DNA of 64,000 nucleotides from Eubacteriales bacterium (GCA_045648605.1 JAZROG010000056.1:2392-66391), one strand, 5' to 3'. Positions 49,610 through 56,885 are shown, numbered from the stretch's first letter. Notes: generated by a model from the letters alone, not told the origin. Numbers and translations are program-made.

Positions 49610-50575
49610 ATGGAAAAGCTTAATATAGTTATTCTCGATGCCGCTTCCATCGGAGATGACCTTGACTATGGCATTTTTGAGCCATTCGGAAAGGTCACAA
49701 TATATGATAACACCACAGAAGAGCAATTTGAAGAAAGAGCAGGAAATGCTCATATAATTCTGCAGAACAAATACAAGCTTTTTGAAAAAAGTCTTGTAAA
49801 AGCAAAAAATTTAAGACTTGTTTGCGAGGCGGCAACCGGATTTGACAATATCGACACAAAATATTGCCGCGAGCACGGAATTGCGGTTGCAAATGTTCCC
49901 GGATATTCAACAGAATGTGTTGCACAGCTTACGGTTGCAATGGCTCTGCAGATAATAATGCACCTTCCCGAATATACCTCTTATGTTTCAAGCGGCGCTT
50001 ATACCGCTTCGGGCATTGCAAACCGTCTTACACCGCAGTTTCATGAGCTTTGCGGCAAGACCTGGGGCATAGTCGGTCTTGGAAACATAGGCAAAAAGGT
50101 GGCAAAGATAGCTGATGCCTTCGGATGCAAGGTTATCGCATGCAAAAGAACTCCCACAAAGGATTTCGAATGTGTTGATATCGATTCTCTCTGCGAAAGA
50201 TCGGATATAATTTCGGTACATACTCCGCTGAATGACAGCACTCGCTCACTTATTGGTGAGAGGCAGATCTCACTTATGAAAAAGGATGCGATTCTCATAA
50301 ATGTTGCAAGAGGCGCGGTTCTTGACGAGGCTGCGGTTACAAAGGCGGTTCTCGAAGGGAAAATCGGCGGCTTCGGATGCGATGTTTATTCCGCAGAGCC
50401 TTTCCCTGCTTCCCACCCCTATAATGAAATCCTTGATCTTCCAAATGTTTGTATGACCCCTCATATTGCTTGGGGCGGATATGAAACAAGAATGAGACTT
50501 CTTTCCGAAATGGCAGAAAATATATCCGCTTTCCTTGCGGGAAACATCAGAAACAGAGTTGAAATCATAAGCTGA
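49610..50575 (+). CDS. D-isomer-specific 2-hydroxyacid dehydrogenase (glycerate dehydrogenase-like)
   Basis: NAD-binding GIVGLGNIGKKVA, and the catalytic region NVARG and TPHIAW. Confidence 0.85.
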   Translation: MEKLNIVILDAASIGDDLDYGIFEPFGKVTIYDNTTEEQFEERAGNAHIILQNKYKLFEKSLVKAKNLRLVCEAATGFDNIDTKYCREHGIAVANVPGYSTECVAQLTVAMALQIIMHLPEYTSYVSSGAYTASGIANRLTPQFHELCGKTWGIVGLGNIGKKVAKIADAFGCKVIACKRTPTKDFECVDIDSLCERSDIISVHTPLNDSTRSLIGERQISLMKKDAILINVARGAVLDEAAVTKAVLEGKIGGFGCDVYSAEPFPASHPYNEILDLPNVCMTPHIAWGGYETRMRLLSEMAENISAFLAGNIRNRVEIIS

Positions 50576-50576
50576 C

Positions 50577-50614
50577 ATAATAAGAGCTGTTTTTTGCAGC
50601 TCTTATTATTTTTT
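50577..50614 (+). terminator. Terminator after the 2-hydroxyacid dehydrogenase gene
   Basis: A 13-bp stem, ATAATAAGAGCTG (50577-89) with CAGCTCTTATTAT (50597-609), followed by TTTTT. Confidence 0.75.
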
Positions 50615-50616
50615 GA

Positions 50617-50675
50617 AAACTTGTTGACAAATCAACAAGTTTCTGATATAATAATCTTGTTGATAAATCAACAAG
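50617..50675 (+). promoter_or_regulatory. Consensus promoter embedded between two copies of a CTTGTTGA-N4-TCAACAAG palindrome (putative operators) upstream of degV
   Basis: Palindrome 1 is AAACTTGTTGA caaa TCAACAAGTTT (50617-42) and contains the -35 TTGACA (50624-29). After a 17-nt spacer comes TATAAT (50647-52). Palindrome 2 is CTTGTTGA taaa TCAACAAG (50656-75). Confidence 0.65.
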
Positions 50676-50697
50676 TCTATTATAAAGGAGTATTAGC

Positions 50698-51537
50698 ATG
50701 AAAACAAGAATTATTGTAGATTCTACCGCTGACCTTTTACCCGAATACAAAAGCCGCGTACATATTGTACCGCTGACACTTCGTTTCGGAGATGAAGAAT
50801 TTATTGACGGTGTTACTATCGATCACAAAACCTTTTATGAAAAGCTGATTGAAAGTGATATTTTACCTACCACAAGCCAAGCCACTCCCGAAGACTTCGC
50901 AAAAGAATTCGAAAAAGCAAAAAAAGATAACGAAGAAACCTTGGTTATTACCTTGGGATCAAATTTCTCGGGTACATATCAAAGCGCAAAAATTGCAGCG
51001 ACCGATTATGAGAACGTCTATATAGTTGACAGCACCAGCGCAGCAATGGGAAGCGGTATTCTCGTCGAGCTTGCTGTCAAGCTGCTTGACGAAGGCAAAA
51101 GCGCAGAAGAGATTGCCATTATCCTTGAAAAAGAAAAAGAGAAAATCGTTGTTGTGGCTTTGGTGGACACCCTTGAATATCTGAAAAAGGGCGGAAGGAT
51201 TTCAAAAACAGTGGCTTTTGCAGGAAGTGTTCTGAATATCAAGCCCGTGCTTTCCGTAACTTGCGGCGAAATCAAGATGCTCGGAAAAGCCCGCGGCTCC
51301 AAAATGGGTAATAATTTGCTTGTGCAGGAAATCGAAAAGGCAGGGGGTATTGATTTCGGTATGCCTATTTTGCTTGGATACAGCGGCATCTCCGATGCTC
51401 TGCTACTCAAGTACATCGAGGACAGCCGACACATCTGGGAAGGAAACCTTGATCAGGTCAGATACACCACTGTCGGAAGTGTTATAGGAACTCATGCAGG
51501 TCCGGGCGCTGTCGTTGTGGCATTTTTTAAAAAATAA
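50698..51537 (+). CDS. DegV family fatty-acid-binding protein
   Basis: 279 aa with IIVDSTADL, TSQATPEDF and the GTHAGPGAVVVAF C-terminus typical of DegV/FakB. Confidence 0.88.
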   Translation: MKTRIIVDSTADLLPEYKSRVHIVPLTLRFGDEEFIDGVTIDHKTFYEKLIESDILPTTSQATPEDFAKEFEKAKKDNEETLVITLGSNFSGTYQSAKIAATDYENVYIVDSTSAAMGSGILVELAVKLLDEGKSAEEIAIILEKEKEKIVVVALVDTLEYLKKGGRISKTVAFAGSVLNIKPVLSVTCGEIKMLGKARGSKMGNNLLVQEIEKAGGIDFGMPILLGYSGISDALLLKYIEDSRHIWEGNLDQVRYTTVGSVIGTHAGPGAVVVAFFKK

Positions 51538-51601
51538 TTCGAAAGATAGATCAATAATATCCGAAATAAAATAATTTCTTTCTCTAAATATGCAAAAAAA
51601 G

Positions 51602-51630
51602 TTGACTTAATAACAGGTTTGTGTTATAAT
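51602..51630 (+). promoter_or_regulatory. Sigma-A type promoter (extended -10) of the DUF1858 gene
   Basis: TTGACT (51602-07), a 17-nt spacer, then TGT-TATAAT (51622-30). Confidence 0.6.
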
Positions 51631-51660
51631 AATGGATGAGAACAGCTGTTCTCATCCATT
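51631..51660. promoter_or_regulatory. Perfect 30-bp palindrome directly after the -10 box
   Basis: AATGGATGAGAACAG/CTGTTCTCATCCATT with 15/15 complementary positions. The core is GAAC-AGCT-GTTC. Confidence 0.6.
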
Positions 51661-51684
51661 TCGTTTTATAAGGAGGTCAATAAA

Positions 51685-51885
51685 ATGACTGTTACAAAGC
51701 AATCTATCATCGGTGATATTCTCGATGCTTGCCCCGATACTGCTCAGTTCTTCTTTGAGATCGGCATGCACTGCCTCGGTTGCCCCGCTTCCAGAGGTGA
51801 AAGCGTTGAGGACGCTTGCAAGGTACACGGCACAGATGCCGACGCACTCGTTGCAAAGATAAATAAGTACCTTGAATCCAAATAA
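51685..51885 (+). CDS. DUF1858 domain protein (hybrid-cluster-protein-associated redox disulfide type)
   Basis: 66 aa with IGDILDACPDTAQFFFEIGMHCLGCPASRGESVEDACKVHG. AAGGAGG SD. Confidence 0.7.
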   Translation: MTVTKQSIIGDILDACPDTAQFFFEIGMHCLGCPASRGESVEDACKVHGTDADALVAKINKYLESK

Positions 51886-51899
51886 TAAAAAATGCACTG

Positions 51900-51916
51900 C
51901 CCCGCACTCTGCGGGG
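51900..51916 (+). terminator. Weak terminator-like hairpin after the DUF1858 gene
   Basis: CCCCGCA ctc TGCGGGG followed only by TATTGCTTT, a poor U-tract. Confidence 0.4.
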
Positions 51917-51942
51917 TATTGCTTTAAGGAGTTTTTAACATA

Positions 51943-52638
51943 ATGCAAAAGCTTGACAGCAGACTTCGTACTGCCCTGAAATATTTAAGAGAGGGCAAGA
52001 CCCTTGCCGATATAGGAACAGACCATGCCTATCTTCCAATTTATGCTGTAGAAAATGGATATTCCGCCCGAGCCATTGCCTCGGATATTAACGAAGGCCC
52101 CACAAAATGTGCCATGCAAAATGTCGCAGAAAGCGGTCTTTCGGATAAAATCACAGTAATTCGCACCGACGGGCTCTGCGGTCTTAATGAGCTTGCGCCC
52201 GATGATATCGCCATTTTCGGCATGGGCGGTGAGCTTATAGCACATATTCTGGATGAATCCCCTTGGGTAAAATCCAAGGACAAGCGCTTTATTCTTCAGC
52301 CAATGACAGCCGCTGATGATCTTCGTAAATATCTCTCAAAAAACGGATATTCCATAATCGAAGAGACTCTCTCGGAGCAGAGCGGAAAGCTTTATGTTAC
52401 CATCTGCTGTGAATATACAGGTATTTGCGAGGAGATAAGCGAAGCGGAAGCGCTTCTTGGAAAATACAACATTGAAAACAACAGCGATTCTCCGATTTTC
52501 GAAAAAATGCTGGCAAGAACAATGAAAGGTCTAAGAATACGCATAAGCGGACTTCAAAGCGCTGCAAAAGACGCGTCCCTTGAGCAAAATATTTTGAACG
52601 ATCTCAAAAAATATGAGGTAAAAAATGAAAACCATTGA
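51943..52638 (+). CDS. trmK: tRNA (adenine(22)-N(1))-methyltransferase
   Basis: LADIGTDHAYLPIYAV, ASDINEGP and IFGMGGELI. It is followed by nif3, as in the B. subtilis yqfN-yqfO pair. Confidence 0.85.
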   Translation: MQKLDSRLRTALKYLREGKTLADIGTDHAYLPIYAVENGYSARAIASDINEGPTKCAMQNVAESGLSDKITVIRTDGLCGLNELAPDDIAIFGMGGELIAHILDESPWVKSKDKRFILQPMTAADDLRKYLSKNGYSIIEETLSEQSGKLYVTICCEYTGICEEISEAEALLGKYNIENNSDSPIFEKMLARTMKGLRIRISGLQSAAKDASLEQNILNDLKKYEVKNENH

Positions 52639-53392
52639 GCTATACAATTATCTGAATGATGCCATCCCCGCTTCCCTTTCCTGCGATTGGGATAATGACG
52701 GACTTATGTGCTCGGGCGATACCGAAAAAGAGGTAAAAAAAGTGCTCATTGCCCTTGATATCACCGAAAAGGTCGTAGATAAGGCAGCAAACGAGGGTTT
52801 TGATGCTATAATTTCCCACCACCCTATGATATTCAAGAAGATAGGTGCTGTTGAGCCATCGGTTGCAAGCGCAAAAAAGGCAATTACTCTGATAAAAAAC
52901 GATATTTCCGCAATGTCCTTTCACACAAGACTCGATGCACTCACAGGCGGTGTAAACGATGTTCTCTGCAAGAAGATAGGACTTAATAATGCTTCTGCAT
53001 TTGGCTCAGACGGCGAGAAAATGGGCAGGATCGGCACACTCGATGCGCCAATAGAAATTGAAGCCTTTTGTGAAATTCTGAAAAATGTACTCGGTGCACC
53101 TTTTGTTCTTGCTTCCTCTTGCGGAAAAAAGGTACACAGGGTCGCGCTTCTTGGCGGTGACGGCAAGGATTTTGTCGGTGACGTAATAATGAGCGGAGCT
53201 GATACCTTCCTTAGCGGAAGAATAAGCTACAACATAATGGTTGATGCTCCCGAAATGGGAATAAATCTCATCGAAGCCGGTCATTATTTCACAGAAGCTC
53301 CCGTATGCGAATTTCTTGCGGAGCTTGTAAAAAAAGCAGACTGCAAAATAGAAACCGAAATGTTTAATTCAAACGAAATAAAGGTCATATAA
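52625..53392 (+). CDS. Nif3-like dinuclear metal centre protein
   Basis: DWDNDGL, ISHHPMIF, SFHTRLD and EAGHYFTE motifs. Confidence 0.88.
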   Translation: MKTIELYNYLNDAIPASLSCDWDNDGLMCSGDTEKEVKKVLIALDITEKVVDKAANEGFDAIISHHPMIFKKIGAVEPSVASAKKAITLIKNDISAMSFHTRLDALTGGVNDVLCKKIGLNNASAFGSDGEKMGRIGTLDAPIEIEAFCEILKNVLGAPFVLASSCGKKVHRVALLGGDGKDFVGDVIMSGADTFLSGRISYNIMVDAPEMGINLIEAGHYFTEAPVCEFLAELVKKADCKIETEMFNSNEIKVI

Positions 53393-54783
53393 TGAAAAAT
53401 CAAAATCTTAAGAAGGACGATATCCTTACCGTCCGAATAAATGAGATAAATAATCTTGGAAGCGGCGTTGGAAAGCTTGATGATGGGTGCGTTATATTCA
53501 TAAACGGCGCGGTGACGGGTGAGCTTGTACGTGCAAAGCTTATCAAGGTAAATAAAAGCTTTTGCGTAGGAAGACTTGAAGAAATAATCGAGCCTTCGCC
53601 GTATAGGGAAAATTCCTTCTGCAATGCCCCTCTCTCCTGTGGCGGATGCGTTTATCGCCATGTAAAAAGAGAGCACGAGCTTGAGCTGAAAAAGAGCTAT
53701 GTTGAGCATTCCTTCATAAAAGTGGGGCTTTCCGATGTCAAGGTAAATGACGTTCTTTGTCTCCCCGAAAGGTCGGGATACCGAAACAAGGCGCAGTATC
53801 CTATCGGAATGAGCAAAAACGGCGTTACCGCAGGCTTTTATGCCTCAAAAACTCACAAGATTATTCCCTCCCTTGATTGCGCGCTGCAGCCGAGGATCTT
53901 TTGCGAAATCCTTTCTTTTTTCTGTGATTTTGCAACAAAAAAAGGAATAAGCGTCTATGACGAGGAAAGCGGAAGAGGACTTCTCCGCCATCTTTATCTG
54001 CGGTATGGAAAAAACACCGATGAGGTAATGGTCTGTATCGTTATAAACGGCTCTTCCCTGCCTTTTTCGGATGAATTTTGCAAAGTGCTTTGCGAAAAAT
54101 TCCCATCTGTTAAAAGCATAATGCTTAATATAAACGAAAAAAACACCAATGTTGTGCTTGGAGAAAAATATATCACTCTTTTTGGCAAGTCTTATATAAC
54201 AGATGTGCTTTGCGGAAAGAAATTCAATATCTCTCCCGGCTCATTTTATCAGGTGAATCACGATTGCGCAGAGCTTCTTTATGAAACAGCCGCGTCTCTC
54301 GGTGGCTTTACAGGCAAAGAAACAGTCCTTGACCTCTACTGCGGAATAGGAACCATCGGTCTTTCCATTGCGGATAAGGTGGGCGAGGTGATTGGCATTG
54401 AGATCGTACCTGAAGCTGTGGAATGTGCAAAGGAAAACGCAAGAATAAACGGAATTGAAAATGCCAAGTTCTACTGCGGAGACACTTCCTCTGCCGAAAA
54501 GCTCCTTGAAAACGCTTCAAAAGTAAGAGGAACGCTTAAGCCCGATGCGGTCATAATCGATCCACCGAGAAAAGGAAGCACACCCGAGCTTATAAACTAT
54601 CTTGCAAAGCTCGATGTGCCGAAAATCATCTATATTTCCTGCGACCCCGATACACTTGCAAGAGATTGTGTGATTTTTAGAGAATTGGGCTATTCAATAG
54701 GCACTGTTACTCCCGTTGATATGTTCCCCGCCACAGGGCATTGCGAAGCTGTTGTACAGCTTCGCCGCGATATAAATCCCTAA
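53392..54783 (+). CDS. 23S rRNA (uracil-C5)-methyltransferase, RlmD/RumA type (TRAM, Fe-S Cys cluster, SAM MTase)
   Basis: TRAM N-terminus (LTVRINEINNLGSGVGKL), Cys cluster CNAPLSCGGCVYRH, and DLYCGIGTIGL, DPPRKG, YISCDP. Confidence 0.88.
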   Translation: MKNQNLKKDDILTVRINEINNLGSGVGKLDDGCVIFINGAVTGELVRAKLIKVNKSFCVGRLEEIIEPSPYRENSFCNAPLSCGGCVYRHVKREHELELKKSYVEHSFIKVGLSDVKVNDVLCLPERSGYRNKAQYPIGMSKNGVTAGFYASKTHKIIPSLDCALQPRIFCEILSFFCDFATKKGISVYDEESGRGLLRHLYLRYGKNTDEVMVCIVINGSSLPFSDEFCKVLCEKFPSVKSIMLNINEKNTNVVLGEKYITLFGKSYITDVLCGKKFNISPGSFYQVNHDCAELLYETAASLGGFTGKETVLDLYCGIGTIGLSIADKVGEVIGIEIVPEAVECAKENARINGIENAKFYCGDTSSAEKLLENASKVRGTLKPDAVIIDPPRKGSTPELINYLAKLDVPKIIYISCDPDTLARDCVIFRELGYSIGTVTPVDMFPATGHCEAVVQLRRDINP

Positions 54784-54788
54784 AGTGA

Positions 54789-54942
54789 TTTGCGATATAC
54801 GCCTTGCGGCGTGCGATATACCATGGTGCGATATGCACTGCGGTGCGCATAAAGGGATTTATATCATATCGCAACCGAGCAAAGTGAGGTTATATCGCAT
54901 TTGAATAAATATATCGCACGAGCAAAGCGAGTATATCGCAAA
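54789..54942. repeat. Nested inverted-repeat array built from the octamer TGCGATAT (3 forward, 4 reverse copies)
   Basis: Forward copies start at 54791, 54812 and 54827. Reverse copies (ATATCGCA) start at 54866, 54892, 54911 and 54933. Nested arms are 54789-800/54931-42 (12 bp), 54810-20/54910-20 (11 bp) and 54827-35/54865-73 (9 bp). Confidence 0.85.
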
Positions 54943-54954
54943 GGAGACATTAAA

Positions 54955-55302
54955 ATGAATGATAAAACAATAAAAGAATTGGCAGTTGAGTTAACGGTTG
55001 AAACAACAGCAATATGTGATAATATTAAAGGGAGAAATGTTTTTGTTAATCAATTATTACGCTCATGCTCTTCAATTGGAGCAAATACACATGAAGCTAA
55101 ATATGCACAAAGCAAAGCAGATTTTATCAGCAAAATGGAAATAGCTCTTAAAGAGTGTTATGAAACGGAATATTGGCTCGAAATACTTTTCAAAGTTAAT
55201 GCACTTTACGCGATAACATATAAATCCTTGACAAACAAATGCGGAACTATAAGAAGAAAACTTATTGCATCTATTACGACTGCAAAAAATAAAAATGAAT
55301 AG
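54955..55302 (+). CDS. Four-helix-bundle protein (23S rRNA-intervening-sequence protein / Avd-like family)
   Basis: 115 aa with VNQLLRSCSSIGANTHEAKYAQSKADFISKMEIALKECYETEYWLEIL, the family signature. AAGGAG SD lies 8 nt upstream of ATG 54955. Confidence 0.8.
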   Translation: MNDKTIKELAVELTVETTAICDNIKGRNVFVNQLLRSCSSIGANTHEAKYAQSKADFISKMEIALKECYETEYWLEILFKVNALYAITYKSLTNKCGTIRRKLIASITTAKNKNE

Positions 55303-55879
55303 TATCATAAAAAAAGAAAAAGGCGACATAATTTCAAACATTATTGAAATGCTTATTGATGATGATAAAAGTTCAGCAAAATCAATAATTATAAAAGAAT
55401 ATCCGCATATTACTTATGATGTAGAAAAACGTAGATATACTATAGCTCAAAAAATGGAACAATTTATAAGAGATGGATTTATTGACAGATATACAGGGCA
55501 AAAACTTTTAAATCCGGGCATTCTTAAAATATTATCAACATATTTTCCTAATGAATTTCCTTTCCACCATCATTGGAAGATGTCAGAAACACACATTGCA
55601 TATTGGGAATTGATTCCTACCATTGACCATATATATCCCATTGCCAGGGGTGGAAATGAAGATAAAAACAATTGGGTTACAACTTCTATGAAAAACAATT
55701 CTATTAAAAGCAACTATACAATAGAAGAAATACATTGGACACTATATCCTCAAGGCAATATAAAAGATTGGGATGGCTTGTCAAAATCTCTTATAAAATT
55801 GGTTGATAACAATAAAGACCTTTTAAAAGATAGCTACATAAAGGCTTGGTACACCATTTCGAAAAAACTACTAAAATAA
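55295..55879 (+). CDS. HNH endonuclease-domain protein (Cys-less variant)
   Basis: 194 aa with DRYTGQKL...IDHIYPIARGGNEDKNNWVTTSMKNNSIKSN. ATG 55295 overlaps the upstream stop by 8 nt (ATGAATAG). Confidence 0.7.
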   Translation: MNSIIKKEKGDIISNIIEMLIDDDKSSAKSIIIKEYPHITYDVEKRRYTIAQKMEQFIRDGFIDRYTGQKLLNPGILKILSTYFPNEFPFHHHWKMSETHIAYWELIPTIDHIYPIARGGNEDKNNWVTTSMKNNSIKSNYTIEEIHWTLYPQGNIKDWDGLSKSLIKLVDNNKDLLKDSYIKAWYTISKKLLK

Positions 55880-55941
55880 TATTATCACACATTCAACACA
55901 AAAATTTCGAAGCTATTATCTTAGGTATAAAGGAACACACT

Positions 55942-56616
55942 ATGAAAAAGAAAATATATATCATCCTCACCGTTATGATTTTTGCCATCGCGGTATGCTT
56001 TATTGATGCGGTGATACATCCGAACTATTTTGTAAAAATACCAATAAAGATACTTTTCTTCCTCGCACTTCCATTGCTTTTCTTCGTAAAAAACAAAGAA
56101 GATTTCGGGGACTTCAAGAAGCTTTTTGTTTTTAAGAAAAAAGGTGTTTTAACCGCGCTACTGCTTGGCATCGGTATTTATGCCGTTATAATCGGCGGGT
56201 ATTTCGTAACAAGAAGCATCATTGATTATTCAAATATAACCACTTCTCTTGGCGACAGCATGGGAATAAATGCCGGGAATTTTCTTTGGGTATCGCTTTA
56301 TATCTCACTTATGAATTCCTTTCTCGAAGAATTTTTCTTCCGCGGATACGGTTTCATGACACTAAAAAAGCACACCTCAAAAAAGGTGGCTTACGTCTTC
56401 AGTTCGGGGATTTTTGCCTTATATCATGTTGGTATGCTTATCGGTATGTTTGATTTCGGTGCCCTTGCCCTGCTCCTTTTCGGGCTTATTATCGGCGGCT
56501 GTATCTTCAATTATTTAAACGAAAAGCTCGATTGCATTTACCCATCATGGTTTGTACATATGTTCGCAAATTTTGCCATCAATACCGTCGGCTTCATCCT
56601 TTTTGGTATCATTTAA
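55942..56616 (+). CDS. CPBP family intramembrane glutamic endopeptidase (Abi/CAAX-like)
   Basis: Motifs LEEFFFRGYGF, FALYH and HMFANF, with 6-7 TM segments. ATG 55942. Confidence 0.85.
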   Translation: MKKKIYIILTVMIFAIAVCFIDAVIHPNYFVKIPIKILFFLALPLLFFVKNKEDFGDFKKLFVFKKKGVLTALLLGIGIYAVIIGGYFVTRSIIDYSNITTSLGDSMGINAGNFLWVSLYISLMNSFLEEFFFRGYGFMTLKKHTSKKVAYVFSSGIFALYHVGMLIGMFDFGALALLLFGLIIGGCIFNYLNEKLDCIYPSWFVHMFANFAINTVGFILFGII

Positions 56617-56637
56617 GAAGAAGTAAATATTTCGCCC

Positions 56638-56668
56638 AAAAAAGCACTTCTTGCGAAGTGCTTTTTTT
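56638..56668. terminator. Bidirectional terminator shared by the CPBP gene and tRNA-Arg
   Basis: AAAAAA GCACTTC ttgc GAAGTGC TTTTTTT. Confidence 0.75.
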
Positions 56669-56745
56669 GGCCCGCCCAGGGGGATTTGAACCCTCGACCC
56701 ACAGAATCGGAATCTGGTACTCTATCCGGGCTGAGCTATGGGCGG
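56668..56745 (-). tRNA. tRNA-Arg (anticodon CCG), with CCA encoded
   Basis: Hand-folded cloverleaf: acceptor CCGCCCA/TGGGCGG, D-arm GCTC/GAGT, anticodon arm CCAGA-TTCCGAT-TCTGT, T-arm GAGGG-TTCAAAT-CCCCC, discriminator G and CCA. There are two stem mismatches (27-43 and 50-64). Confidence 0.75.
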
Positions 56746-56753
56746 ATGGGTAT

Positions 56754-56782
56754 ATTTTACCATAAAATCATGTTTTTGTAAA
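56754..56782 (-). promoter_or_regulatory. Promoter of tRNA-Arg
   Basis: The minus strand reads TTTACA (56782-77), a 17-nt spacer, then TGG-TAAAAT (56759-54), 8 nt before the tRNA 5' end. Confidence 0.6.
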
Positions 56783-56885
56783 GTCCTTTTTGCGGAATAA
56801 ATACTTAAATTTATGATAATAATAGACAAAGAAAGAGTAAAAAAGCCAAATCAAAAAAATATTTTGAGAAATTTCAAAAAAACTA

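Noticed and set aside
54955-55302. The four-helix-bundle (Avd-like) gene as a marker of a diversity-generating retroelement.
   Set aside because: No reverse transcriptase ORF and no template/variable repeat pair occur anywhere in the window.
54784-56745. Search for an att-type direct repeat of the tRNA-Arg 3' end at the left border of the AT-rich islet.
   Set aside because: The best match found by eye is only 7 nt: gggattt at 54854-60 against the T-arm gggggatttgaa. No integrase or recombinase is present. A classical integrative-island interpretation is not supported.
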